Part shown: positions 29,816-39,684 of the stretch, one piece after another
How positions within the stretch are numbered: the first letter of the stretch is position 1
Layout of the letters: every line of letters begins with the position of its first letter
Source: Spirochaetia bacterium
GTDB taxonomy: Bacteria > Spirochaetota > Spirochaetia > SZUA-6 > Fen-1364
NCBI GenBank assembly: GCA_049515135.1
Contig: JBEKUJ010000001.1
Coordinates: forward strand, 41,593-105,592
Direction of reading: 5' to 3'
Length of the DNA stretch: 64,000 nt
Program-made: the position numbers and the translations under genes
The notes under the pieces: model-generated
What the model was told of the DNA's origin: nothing
Seen by the model: only the letters and a program-made list of their open reading frames with translations
Database searches by the model: none

Positions 29816-30037
29816 TTATATCTCCTACCGGTCTCACCGGAGACTTTCCCTGGCGAAACGTTCTCTGTTAGCAACAATCATTCTATCACATTGTTTAGAA
29901 AAACGGTAGGCAAAATGCAAAACCTGAGAGCCGCGCTTAGAACCTGAGGAGGCGGATAATCCCTCCAAAGCCAATACGCCCAAAACTGCTTGGGCCCGCC
30001 ACGTAGGCGCCGCAGTAAGATGGCAAGGGAGGAACTG

Positions 30038-30433
30038 ATGAAGCGGTCGATTGTTTTCATTGCGCTGTGCCTCGTGGCCTCTGTCTCCTTCGCGCAAGAC
30101 ATCCCCCCGGGCGCAGTGATGCTTGGTGAAAGGAGGGTGGACTTTCATGCTGACCACGATGTCATTTCAGTCGGCTCGTACGAGGGATGGTTCAAAGACA
30201 TCGTTGTCTGGGTGGAGAGAAACAACATCGAGATGTTCAACCTTGTCGTGACCTACGGAAACGGTGAAAAAGAAAGGTTTGACACCAGGCTTGTCTTTGA
30301 TGAAGGGACGCGTTCACGAGTCCTGCACCTGGAAGGCGGAAAGCGACACATCAGGAACATGGCTTTTGCCTTCAAGACCGTTGGAAGCTGGACCGAGGGA
30401 CGCGCTCGGGTGGTGGTCTACGGGATCAGGTAG
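30038..30433 (+). CDS. Small secreted protein of unknown function (possibly DUF2541-like)
   Basis: The ATG at 30038 is preceded by GGGAGG. It encodes a signal peptide (MKRSIVFIALCLVASVSFAQ) and then a ~110-aa beta-rich domain. Confidence 0.5.
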   Translation: MKRSIVFIALCLVASVSFAQDIPPGAVMLGERRVDFHADHDVISVGSYEGWFKDIVVWVERNNIEMFNLVVTYGNGEKERFDTRLVFDEGTRSRVLHLEGGKRHIRNMAFAFKTVGSWTEGRARVVVYGIR

Positions 30434-30698
30434 GTGAGGCCAGGGTATCACGCGGTTGGGGATCAGGCCGATCGGGGCGGTCGGCCCCCTGGGCCCGGCA
30501 GACCGCGGACGCTGCCAAAAGCGCGCCGATCGCAATGAAAAGAGACAGGCGGGAGTGGTGGGGCATGTGGCGCAGTATACGCGCTCTCGTGCTCTGGGGC
30601 AATCTGAAGGGCTTCGGCTAGCCCGGACCAGGCGTGCAGGCATGACTGTTGCTCATTGTCAATCATGGTTTATATTTGAAAGTATTGGAGGCAGTTTC

Positions 30699-31160
30699 AT
30701 GACGTTCTCAGTCACGTCACCTTCCTTCACCCCCGGCGGCAGCATACCCAGGGCATTTACGGCTGATGGCAGGGATGTATCTCCGCGGCTTCGCTGGGAC
30801 AACCCGCCATCGGGGACCCAGGCCTTTGCATTGATATGCGACGACCCTGATGCCCCTGTGGGAACATGGGTTCACTGGCTGATCTGGAACCTGCCCTCCT
30901 CCGCCAGGGGGTTAAGTGAGGCCATCCAGCACCTGAAGACCCTGCCGGACGGCAGCGCCCAGGGGAAAAACGATTTTGGCCGGATAGGCTACGGCGGCCC
31001 GAGCCCGCCGCCGGGGAGGGCGCACAGGTACTTCTTCCGAGTGTATGCCCTCAAGGAGAAGCTTCCGCTGGCAGCCGGCGCGACCAGGGGGGAGCTGGAG
31101 AGGATGCTGCAAGGCAAGGCGCTGGCCAGCGCGGAGCTGTTCGGCACATACGGCCGCTGA
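30699..31160 (+). CDS. YbhB/YbcL family Raf-kinase-inhibitor-like (PEBP) protein
   Basis: The ATG at 30699 has a GGAGG 9 nt upstream. PEBP motifs are present (DPDAPVGTWVHWLIWNLP, GYGGPSPPPGRAHRYFFRVYAL). Confidence 0.8.
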   Translation: MTFSVTSPSFTPGGSIPRAFTADGRDVSPRLRWDNPPSGTQAFALICDDPDAPVGTWVHWLIWNLPSSARGLSEAIQHLKTLPDGSAQGKNDFGRIGYGGPSPPPGRAHRYFFRVYALKEKLPLAAGATRGELERMLQGKALASAELFGTYGR

Positions 31161-31212
31161 GACGCCGCACGCCGTTGACACGCCGTCCCGCCTCGTGACT
31201 CCATGGGAGACC

Positions 31213-31863
31213 ATGCTGCTGAATCGCTCCCTCGGGGAGATCATCCAGATCATCATCATCGTGGTGATGAGCCTGACCGTTCACGAGTTCGCCCATTCAC
31301 TCGTTACGATCAGGCTCGGGGACGACACCCCCCGTCGCCAGGGGAGGCTTACCTTGAATCCCCTGGCCCACATCGACCTGGTGGGCTTCATCATGCTCGT
31401 GGTGGCCGGGTTCGGCTGGGCCAAGCCTGTTCAGATCAACCCGGCCAACTTGAAAAAGCCTCGGAGGGACGAGATCCTGATCGCCATTGCCGGGCCGGCC
31501 TCCAATCTGGTGTTCGCAATGGCCGCGGTGGTTCTCATCTGGGCCGTGCTCGCAACGCACGCGCTGGTGTCCCGAAGCTCAATCCGCGACTACGGCAATT
31601 TCATGGTCATGCTCGCGGAGATCAACGTCAGCCTTGCCATCTTCAACATGATCCCCATCCCGCCCCTGGACGGCTCTCATCTGATCACGCCTTTTCTTGG
31701 CAGGGTGAACACCACGCTGGCGGCCACGTACTTCCGCTATGGTTCTCTCGTCCTGCTTGCCATCATCCTGATCCAGAACTTCACGCGCTTCGAGATCCTG
31801 CCGATCAGCAGAGTGACCTACGCCATAGTCCTGTGGATGCTCCGCCTCGTCGGGATCGTTTAG
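31213..31863 (+). CDS. Peptidase M50 (site-2 protease family) membrane metalloprotease
   Basis: HEFAHS (HExxH) lies in the first TM helix. Later NPLAHIDLVG and a NMIPIPPLDGSHL motif occur. The protein is about 216 aa. Confidence 0.7.
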   Translation: MLLNRSLGEIIQIIIIVVMSLTVHEFAHSLVTIRLGDDTPRRQGRLTLNPLAHIDLVGFIMLVVAGFGWAKPVQINPANLKKPRRDEILIAIAGPASNLVFAMAAVVLIWAVLATHALVSRSSIRDYGNFMVMLAEINVSLAIFNMIPIPPLDGSHLITPFLGRVNTTLAATYFRYGSLVLLAIILIQNFTRFEILPISRVTYAIVLWMLRLVGIV

Positions 31864-31962
31864 GGATCGCGCGGCAATTGACGGGTTTCCCGCCCCTGAG
31901 ATAATCTTCCCCGTGCTTCCGATGCGAATGTTCGCGCTCGGTTTTCTCCATCATCCTTTCCG

Positions 31963-34900
31963 ATGAGACGCCTGGGTGTAGATATAGGTTCCCTCACCCT
32001 GTCCATGGTCCTCCTGGAAGAAGGCAGGATCGTGGCCAGGCATTCCCGCGCGCATGAGGGAAGAATCGATGCGCTGGTGAAGTCCGTCGTCTCCCAAGCT
32101 CCCTTTTCCGACTGGGACACCGCCGGAGTGACGGGAAGCCTGGCGGGCGCCGGCAAGGGCATCATCGACAACACCCTGGCCACCATCGAAGGGGCCCGGC
32201 GCCTTCTCCCCCTCTGCAAGAACCTCATCGCCATGGGAGGCCAGAGCTTCTCCCTTATCCTGCTGGATGGTGAAGGCCGCTACGTGGAGCACGTGTCCAA
32301 TCCACCCTGCGCGTCGGGCACAGGCTCCTTTCTGGAGCAGCAGGCCGAGCGCCTGGGGCTCAGCGTGGAGGACCTTGCCCGCCGGGCAGCTGCCTTCACC
32401 GCAGAGGTCCCCAGGATAGCAACGCGGTGCGCGGTCTTTGCAAAGACGGACATCGTTCACGCGATGCAGGAAGGCCATTCCCTGGACGCGGTGTGCGCCG
32501 GCCTGTGCGAAGGCATTGCCCGCAGCATGCTGGAGACGCTCCTCAAGGGAAGGAAGCTGTCCCCCCCTGTCGGGCTGGTGGGCGGCGTTTCCCGCAATGG
32601 CAGGATAGCGCAGGCCATCAGACGAACCCTCGGCGTTGCGGTGGAAGTCCCCGGGGACTGCCAGTACGCGGCGGCCATGGGCGCCGCTCTCCTGGGCTCC
32701 GACTCGACACTGGAGGCATGGACCCGGTTCCGCCCGGCCCGTGGGCGCCGTGAGATGAGAAGCCCTCTGCCCACCGCCCTTGCCGACTACCCATCCCTGG
32801 AAGGTTTCAAGATCTCCACCAGGGACAACGTTGAGATATTCCGACCTCTCGACCGAAGTCCCGGTCCTGCCGAAAACGGGCGGGGCTTTTTCCTGGGCAT
32901 CGACATAGGGTCAACCAGCACGAAGGCAGTGCTCGTCACTGCTGACGGAAAGATCGGGGACGGGTTCTACACCCGCACAGGCGGCGACCCCGTTGATGCG
33001 GTGCAGCGGCTCCTCAAGGTCATGGAAAGCGCGCGCGGAGGGGCTGCGCCCCGGCTCCTGGGAGCGGCCACCACGGGCTCAGGCAGGTCTATCATCCGCC
33101 ATGTGTTCCAGGCGGACGCCGAGGTGAACGAAATAACGGCACACGCAAAGGCCGCAGTCTTTCTGCGGCCGGACGCGGACACGATCATCGAGATCGGCGG
33201 CCAGGACTCGAAGTTCACCCGGATCAGGGATGGGGATGTGTACTTTTCAACGATGAACTACGTCTGCGCCGCGGGCACGGGGAGCTTCATCGAGGAGCAG
33301 GCAAAGAGGCTGGGCGCGAGCCTCTCAGATTTTTCCGACATGGCGCTTGCCCAGCGCGCCCCTTTTACCAGCGACAGATGCACCGTGTACATGGAGCGGG
33401 ACCTTGCGGCCCTGGTTGGGGAGGGATGGCCGCGGGAGGCCCTGGCCGCCGCGGTGCTCCATTCCGTCCGCGACAACTACCTCTCCAAAGTCGTTGGGAA
33501 GAGCCCCCTGGGGGATTCCATTGTCTTCCAGGGCGCTACGGCCCGGAACAAGGCCCTGGTGGCCGCTTTTGAGCAGCACCTGGGGAAGACGCTGCACGTC
33601 TCTCCCTGGTGCCACCTGACGGGCGCGGTCGGCGCTGCGCTTCTCTGTCGGGAGCAGAAACCGGAATCCTCCAGCTTTCTCTGGGAAACGGGGCCGATTG
33701 TCCTGGAAACCGAAGAGTGCCGGCAGTGCGCCAACCACTGCCGGCTCACCGTGATGGACCGGGCCGGCCGGCGCACGGGCTGGGGAATGAAATGCGGGCG
33801 GGACTACGCGGACAGGAAGCCGGCCTCCCGGCGCGCCTCAGGGGAGCAGGCTTCCTCCATCCAGGAGCGATTCAACGAGGCCATGCGCCCTCTGCATGAG
33901 AAGCCTGCAGTTCTCTCCGAGACAGCGCAGCGGAGAAAAAGGATCACGATCGGAGTTCCCCGCAGCCTGTACAACATCTCCTACGAGCCGCTGTGGCGCA
34001 GCTTCCTCTCCCGGCTGGGGTTCACCGTTGCCGCAACTGACCAGCGCCGCAGCGCCCTGGACTCCGGGGCAGAGTCAGTAAACTCCGATTTCTGCGCGCC
34101 CATGGTCCTCTCTCACGGGTATGTCAGGCAGCTTGTCGACAGGGGAATCGACCACATCTTTCTTCCCGCAGTGGAGAACAGCGCGGAGGGCACCGGCCCC
34201 ATACGGTCCACCTTCCGCAGAAGAGACGGAGACAGCGCGTTCTGCTACTACTCGCAGTACCTCCCCTCGGTGATCGGCAACGTGACAGCTTTCCCGATTG
34301 CTGACCGGCTCATCTCCCCGCTCCTGCCCCTGCGGGAGAAGACCACGGATGAGACAGCAGGTCTCCTTCATGACGCTCTGGCCGCGAGATTTCCTGACCT
34401 CACGCTGAGCGAGACATTGCGTGCCTTCACGGAGGCGAACGCCCTGTTCGCCGCGGCGCGCGCCGGGCTGGCCGGAGCTTTCGGCCGCTCGACCGCTGAC
34501 GGGGACAAGCTTCGCATCCTTTTCCTGGGCCGGCCCTACGTGGCTCTTGACGAGAGCTTGAGCCTCTCCCTGCCGCAGACCTTCGAAGGACTGGGCGCCG
34601 CGGTGTACTGGCAGGAGGAGCTGGATCTTGACAGCTACCCGCTTACCTATGGAAGCCAGTTCCTGGAGCGCATGCACTGGCACTATGGCAAGCTCATCAT
34701 CCGCGCGGCGGAGTTCGCGGCACGCACGGACAACCTCTTCCCCGTTCTTCTCACCTGCTTCCGCTGCAGCCCCGACTCTTTCCTGATGAGCTACGTGAAG
34801 GACATCCTCACTCATTTCGGAAAGCCTTTCCTCTTCCTCCAGCTGGACGCCCATGCCTCGGACGTCGGCTACCTGACTCGAATCGAGGCCGCGCTGCACT

Positions 34901-36141
34901 CCTTCCGCAACCATCGCGCGCGGGAGAAGGCCGCGTGGAGGCCGTCCGCTCCTCCTTCTGTTGTACACGCCCGTGATGACAGTCTCTCGGAGGGGGACAC
35001 CGTCCTCATTCCGGCCGTGGACACCCTGATCAGCAGTTTCTGGGCTGATGTCTTCACGCGCATGGGCCATCCCGCGGTGCTCCTGGAAGCGGGATCCGCA
35101 GCCTTGAATACCGGCTATCAGTTTGCAAGCGGCGGAGAGTGCATGCCGCTGGTCTCAATCGTGGGCTCGGCCATCGAACGGATGCGCAAGGGTGGCCTTG
35201 ATCCGTCCAGGACATTCTTTTTCATGCCCACCTCCCCGTTCTCCTGCAACATGCCGCAGTTCCCTGTGTTTTCCGACATGGCATTCCACGCAGCGGGCAT
35301 CGAGGGCCTGAAGATCGGCAAGCTCAACTTCATGGCGCTGGGGGATACTCTTCCGCAGACCCTTTCCATGAAGGTCCTGGAGACGTACATGGTGGCTTGC
35401 ATCCTCTACAAGCTTGCGTCACGGATCAGGCCGTATGAGAAAAAGCGCGGGGACACAAACCGCGCGCTCCTTGATTCGCAAGAACGGATCAGAGCGGCCA
35501 TCAGGTCCGGCGCCGACCTGCGCGCCTGCCTGCCGGGTTGCGTCGAGCTGTTCCGGGGAGTCGCGCGGGACGAATCCGCAGGCCGCAAACCCCGAATCGC
35601 CCTGCTCGGGGACCTGTATGTGAAGTACAACGCGGTGATGAACGAAGGGATCCAGGCCCTGGTGGAGGAGATGGGCGGGGAGCTCATCATATCTTCCATG
35701 ACGGAGTACCCGGCCCACCTCTTGGACATCGGCGCGCGCCGCTACGGCGAGGACCCCCGTTCCACCAGGGTCCTCAAGAGCATTGAGCAGCGCTACGAGA
35801 AGCTGGCGGAAGACCTGATCGGAGACCAAGCCGAGCCCGACTTTGCGGAGTGCGTGAAGCTGATGGAGGAGAACGGGTTCTCCCACTACCTTGCAGGGGA
35901 GACATCGATCAACGTCGGGCGGGCGCTGTGGTACATCGCGCGCCGCAGCGTGGAGGCGATTGTCCACATCAATCCGATGTTCTGCTGCCCCGGCGTGGTC
36001 ACCGCCTCCCTGTACCGAAAGATTCAGGCGGACTCCGGGATTCCCATCATCGACATCTTCTTCGACGGGACGGGGGACCCCAACCGGGTGCTCATTCCTC
36101 ACATGCACTATTTGCGCCGCGAGGCGTATCCCCTGCCGTGA
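31963..36141 (+). CDS. Fused 2-hydroxyacyl-CoA-dehydratase-type protein: two BadF/BadG/BcrA/BcrD (HgdC-like) ATPase 'activase' domains + Cys-rich segment + HgdB/DUF2229-like domains ('CoA-substrate-specific enzyme activase' family), 1392 aa
   Basis: Two ASKHA ATPase modules are present (LGVDIGSLTL...CASGTGSFLEQQAERLG and LGIDIGSTSTKAVLV...CAAGTGSFIEEQAKRLG). A CxxC cluster (ECRQCANHCRLTV) follows, and then about 800 aa of HgdB-like sequence. Confidence 0.75.
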   Translation: MRRLGVDIGSLTLSMVLLEEGRIVARHSRAHEGRIDALVKSVVSQAPFSDWDTAGVTGSLAGAGKGIIDNTLATIEGARRLLPLCKNLIAMGGQSFSLILLDGEGRYVEHVSNPPCASGTGSFLEQQAERLGLSVEDLARRAAAFTAEVPRIATRCAVFAKTDIVHAMQEGHSLDAVCAGLCEGIARSMLETLLKGRKLSPPVGLVGGVSRNGRIAQAIRRTLGVAVEVPGDCQYAAAMGAALLGSDSTLEAWTRFRPARGRREMRSPLPTALADYPSLEGFKISTRDNVEIFRPLDRSPGPAENGRGFFLGIDIGSTSTKAVLVTADGKIGDGFYTRTGGDPVDAVQRLLKVMESARGGAAPRLLGAATTGSGRSIIRHVFQADAEVNEITAHAKAAVFLRPDADTIIEIGGQDSKFTRIRDGDVYFSTMNYVCAAGTGSFIEEQAKRLGASLSDFSDMALAQRAPFTSDRCTVYMERDLAALVGEGWPREALAAAVLHSVRDNYLSKVVGKSPLGDSIVFQGATARNKALVAAFEQHLGKTLHVSPWCHLTGAVGAALLCREQKPESSSFLWETGPIVLETEECRQCANHCRLTVMDRAGRRTGWGMKCGRDYADRKPASRRASGEQASSIQERFNEAMRPLHEKPAVLSETAQRRKRITIGVPRSLYNISYEPLWRSFLSRLGFTVAATDQRRSALDSGAESVNSDFCAPMVLSHGYVRQLVDRGIDHIFLPAVENSAEGTGPIRSTFRRRDGDSAFCYYSQYLPSVIGNVTAFPIADRLISPLLPLREKTTDETAGLLHDALAARFPDLTLSETLRAFTEANALFAAARAGLAGAFGRSTADGDKLRILFLGRPYVALDESLSLSLPQTFEGLGAAVYWQEELDLDSYPLTYGSQFLERMHWHYGKLIIRAAEFAARTDNLFPVLLTCFRCSPDSFLMSYVKDILTHFGKPFLFLQLDAHASDVGYLTRIEAALHSFRNHRAREKAAWRPSAPPSVVHARDDSLSEGDTVLIPAVDTLISSFWADVFTRMGHPAVLLEAGSAALNTGYQFASGGECMPLVSIVGSAIERMRKGGLDPSRTFFFMPTSPFSCNMPQFPVFSDMAFHAAGIEGLKIGKLNFMALGDTLPQTLSMKVLETYMVACILYKLASRIRPYEKKRGDTNRALLDSQERIRAAIRSGADLRACLPGCVELFRGVARDESAGRKPRIALLGDLYVKYNAVMNEGIQALVEEMGGELIISSMTEYPAHLLDIGARRYGEDPRSTRVLKSIEQRYEKLAEDLIGDQAEPDFAECVKLMEENGFSHYLAGETSINVGRALWYIARRSVEAIVHINPMFCCPGVVTASLYRKIQADSGIPIIDIFFDGTGDPNRVLIPHMHYLRREAYPLP

Positions 36142-36158
36142 TATAATGGCGCAAAAGG

Positions 36159-36842
36159 GTGAGGCAGATGAAAACGACGATCCGCCTGCTGATCGCAGAT
36201 GATCACGGCATTGTCCGCAAGGGAATCAAGGCCCTCCTGGCCACGGAGAAGAACATGCAGGTCGTCGGCGAGGCGGAAAACGGCGCGGAGGCTGTCCAGA
36301 AAGCCGCGACGCTCCGGCCCGACGTCGTGCTCATGGACCTTGTGATGCCGGAGATGGACGGGATCGAGGCCACGCGGAGGATCACGGCGGAGCAACCAGA
36401 GACCAGGATCCTGGTCCTCACCAGTTTTGCAGCGGACGACAAAGTTTTTCCGGCGGTCAAGGCGGGCGCCCTGGGTTACCTGTTGAAGGACTCCACGCCT
36501 GACCAGCTGCTGGAGGCCATCCGCCAGGTGCACCGCGGAGAGCCCTCCCTGGAGCCATCCATCGCCCGCAAGGTCCTGCAGGAGCTGTCCCATCCGGGGC
36601 AGGGCAAGCAGACCACGGAGCCCCTCACGGAGAGGGAGCTGGACGTGCTTCGCCTCATTGCCCAGGGGATGAGCAACAAAGAGATCGCGGCAAAGATCTT
36701 CGTCGCCGAATGGACGGTGCGCAGCCACGTGAGCAATATCCTGGGCAAGCTGCATCTTGCCAGCCGGACCCAGGCAGCGCTCTATGCGCTTCGTTCGGGT
36801 CTGGCATCGCTGGACGACGCTGCTCCGCCCCAGAACGCCTAG
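36159..36842 (+). CDS. NarL/FixJ (LuxR-HTH) family response regulator
   Basis: A REC domain (IRLLIADDHGIVRKGIKALL...VVLMDLVMPEMDGIEA) and a LuxR-type HTH (LTERELDVLRLIAQGMSNKEIAAKIFVAEWTVRSHVSNILGKL) are present. Confidence 0.9.
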   Translation: MRQMKTTIRLLIADDHGIVRKGIKALLATEKNMQVVGEAENGAEAVQKAATLRPDVVLMDLVMPEMDGIEATRRITAEQPETRILVLTSFAADDKVFPAVKAGALGYLLKDSTPDQLLEAIRQVHRGEPSLEPSIARKVLQELSHPGQGKQTTEPLTERELDVLRLIAQGMSNKEIAAKIFVAEWTVRSHVSNILGKLHLASRTQAALYALRSGLASLDDAAPPQNA

Positions 36843-36909
36843 CGGTTTAAAATCACACATTTTGATGGTGTGCGCGCGCCAGGGAACGGACCTATATTTG
36901 TATCGTGAC

Positions 36910-37299
36910 ATGCGCCAGGAGAACCACCGCGTGAGGATCATCATCGCGGACGACCAGAAACATACCAGAAACGGCCTGAAGGCCGTGCTCTCAGCGTGCC
37001 TGAAGGGACCCGAGATATGGGAAGCCACGACAGGGCTCGAGGCAGAGCGCCTGGCGGACGAGGTTCACCCCCATCTCATCCTGATGGACATCCGCATGCC
37101 GGGACTGGACGGACTTTCCGCCACCCGGCGGATCAAATCCCGGCACCCCGAGATCAAGATCCTTGTCCTCTCGCTGCGCCACGAAGGCTCACAGGAGGCT
37201 AAGGCCGCGGGAGCGGACGCGTTCGTGAGCAAGGGCGAGAGCCCGGAGCGGCTCCTGGCCGCCGTGGCCGAGCTTGCGAACCCGCGCCAGCAGCCGTAG
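36910..37299 (+). CDS. Stand-alone receiver-domain (CheY-like) response regulator
   Basis: The ATG at 36910 opens a REC domain (VRIIIADDQKHTRNGL...LILMDIRMPGLDGLSATRRIK...KILVLS). No output domain is present; the protein is about 129 aa. Confidence 0.75.
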   Translation: MRQENHRVRIIIADDQKHTRNGLKAVLSACLKGPEIWEATTGLEAERLADEVHPHLILMDIRMPGLDGLSATRRIKSRHPEIKILVLSLRHEGSQEAKAAGADAFVSKGESPERLLAAVAELANPRQQP

Positions 37300-37310
37300 T
37301 ATCGGAGGTC

Positions 37311-39644
37311 ATGGGACACGCAGTCAGCCGGGAAGCCTGGACGCTCGCTGAATCGGACCTTCAGAAGTGGAGGACCCGGGCCCTTGGCCTTGTCTTGATC
37401 ATCGTGGCTGTCGCAGGCCTGCCGGCCTGCTTCACCGTTGTCGCAAACGCATACCTCGGCGGCAGGTTGTCCCCGCTGCTCATTGCCTACGCGCTGGTCT
37501 ACCTGGGCTTTGTGACGCTGGCCTTCCTGCGGCGCGTTCCGGTCACCATCCGCGCGTGGCTGTTCATTGGCCTGACGTACATCATTGCCGCGTCCAGCTT
37601 TGCCCGCGTGGGGCTCGTGGGAAGCGGTCGGCTGTACCTGGTCTTCCTTCCCGCGGTTTCCATTGTCCTGATGGGTCAGCGCGCCGGATACCTCTGCCTG
37701 GGCATCAGCCTGTTCGAGTTTGCCGTTTTCAGCGAGCTGGCAAGGCTCGGTATCCTCTCGCAGACGCTGACGGAGACGACGAATCCCCTGGATGTGGGAT
37801 CCTGGATAGAATCCGGGGCAGCTCTCGCAGTCATCCTGATAACCCTGGGCGTCCTGCTGGAGCGTTTTTTTGCGCGGCACGTGTTCACGCTGGAAGTAAG
37901 CCACAAGGTCACCATGGAGCTGGAGAAGGCATACAAGGCCCTGAAGCAGCGCATCACGGAGCGCACGCGCGAACTTGCGCTCCTGAACTCCGTGGCCGCC
38001 GTGGCAAGCGGGCTCACGGACATCGGGCAGATCCTCATGGTGTCCCTGGAGAAAACCATGGAGGCTTTCGGCATAGAGGCCGGAGGCGCGTACGGGATGC
38101 AGGAGGCCACCGGCACCATGGTGATGCTGGCTCACAAGGGCCTGTCGGAAAGCTTCGTGGGGCAGATGGAACGGCTGGTCCTCAAGGATGCCCTGGCCGG
38201 CAGGCGGCTCAACCTGGAGGAGCCCCTTTCCTGGGGCGTGGAAGACTATCCGGACGGTCCCATGCGGCAGTTTCTGGAAGCCGAAGGGCTGCAGCGGATC
38301 ATCGGCGTGCCCCTTGTGGCCAATGGGAAGCTCGTGGGCGGCCTGGTCATCAATTCGCGCACGGACCGGGTGCTCTCACCTGAGGAAGGATCGCTCCTTA
38401 TCGCCGTGGGTCAGCAGATCGGTCTGGCCGTGGAGAATGCCCGGCTCCTGGAGGCGCAGCGGATCCAGCGCGACGAGGAGGAAAGGCGGCGGGAGGTGGC
38501 CGAAGGAATGCGCGAGATCCTGGCCATCCTCAATTCGAACAGACCGACGCAGGAAACCCTGGATTACGTCATCTCGCAGGCCTGCCGGCTCATGAAGTGC
38601 GATGCTTCCTCGCTTTTCCAGATCGAGGCGCCGGAAGGGCAGCTGCGCATCCAGGCGGCTTGCGGCCTGGATCTGGAGATGGTATCGACCGTCCGGCTGG
38701 CGCTGGGCAAAGGGGCGGCAGAGAGGGCTGTCGGTTGGACCAGCCCCATCACCGTGCCTGACACAGCCGCCTACGAGGAGTGGCAGGAGCAGGCATCCAA
38801 CCCGGATTTCGCAGAGGACTTGAGCGGGCTGGAGCTCCTGCTGAACCAGGGGTTTCGTGCCATTCTGGCCGTCCCCCTCATCGTCTCCGGCTCGAACTAC
38901 GGCGGGATCACATTGTACTACAGGGAGCCCCGCAGCTTCTCTGAGGAGGACATCTCACTGGCCATGGCCATCGGCAGGCAGGCGGCCCTGGCAATAGAGA
39001 ACGCCCGGCTCCGCGCGCAGGCGGAGCAGGCGGCAGCCTTCGCAGAGCGAAACCGTCTGGCCCGCGAGCTGCATGATTCAGTGACCCAGTCCTTGTACAG
39101 CGTCACTCTGTATGCCGAGGCCGCCGCGCGCCTGCTCCAGGGCGGTCAGACTGACGACGCCGCAGGCCACCTGCGCGACCTGGGCACCACTGCGCGGGAG
39201 GCGCTTCGGGAGATGCGCCTGCTCATCTTCGAGCTGAGCCCTCCCGCCCTGGAGGCCGGCAGCCTGGCGGAGGCGCTCCAGACCAGGCTGGATGCGGTTG
39301 AGGCGCGCGGCGGCATGTCGGTGAACTTCCGAGTGGAGGGTACCGAGTGCCTTTCCGCCCGTGTCCGTCAGGAGCTCTACCAGATAGCCCAGGAGGCGCT
39401 GAACAATGCGCTCAAGCACTCACGAGCCCAGGCCGTGCGCGTCCTCCTTACCAATGGGGAGGCGCAGACCCGGCTTTCAATCAGCGACGACGGGGTGGGC
39501 TTTTGGTTGGACCAGGCGCAGAAGAGTGGAGGCGTGGGGCTGCGAGGGATGAGGGAACGGGTGGAGCGGATCGGCGGGACCCTCTCCGTGACCAGTGAGC
39601 CTGGCGGAGGGACAACTGTGACTGTGACCGCGCCGCACGGCTGA
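37311..39644 (+). CDS. Membrane sensor histidine kinase with two GAF domains and HisKA_3/HATPase_c (NarX/LiaS-class) transmitter
   Basis: The N-terminal half has multiple TM helices and is followed by two GAF-like modules. The HisKA_3 H-box (RLARELHDSVTQSLYSV) and the ATPase region (ALNNALKHS...DDGVGF...GGVGLRGMRERVERIGG) are present. Confidence 0.85.
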   Translation: MGHAVSREAWTLAESDLQKWRTRALGLVLIIVAVAGLPACFTVVANAYLGGRLSPLLIAYALVYLGFVTLAFLRRVPVTIRAWLFIGLTYIIAASSFARVGLVGSGRLYLVFLPAVSIVLMGQRAGYLCLGISLFEFAVFSELARLGILSQTLTETTNPLDVGSWIESGAALAVILITLGVLLERFFARHVFTLEVSHKVTMELEKAYKALKQRITERTRELALLNSVAAVASGLTDIGQILMVSLEKTMEAFGIEAGGAYGMQEATGTMVMLAHKGLSESFVGQMERLVLKDALAGRRLNLEEPLSWGVEDYPDGPMRQFLEAEGLQRIIGVPLVANGKLVGGLVINSRTDRVLSPEEGSLLIAVGQQIGLAVENARLLEAQRIQRDEEERRREVAEGMREILAILNSNRPTQETLDYVISQACRLMKCDASSLFQIEAPEGQLRIQAACGLDLEMVSTVRLALGKGAAERAVGWTSPITVPDTAAYEEWQEQASNPDFAEDLSGLELLLNQGFRAILAVPLIVSGSNYGGITLYYREPRSFSEEDISLAMAIGRQAALAIENARLRAQAEQAAAFAERNRLARELHDSVTQSLYSVTLYAEAAARLLQGGQTDDAAGHLRDLGTTAREALREMRLLIFELSPPALEAGSLAEALQTRLDAVEARGGMSVNFRVEGTECLSARVRQELYQIAQEALNNALKHSRAQAVRVLLTNGEAQTRLSISDDGVGFWLDQAQKSGGVGLRGMRERVERIGGTLSVTSEPGGGTTVTVTAPHG

Positions 39645-39684
39645 CGGCCATCACGGACGATTCCGAAAAGAGGGAGGAGCCGGG

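Noticed and set aside
34075-35070. 331-aa minus-strand ORF inside the activase fusion gene
   Set aside because: It is a nested antisense ORF with a low-complexity translation.
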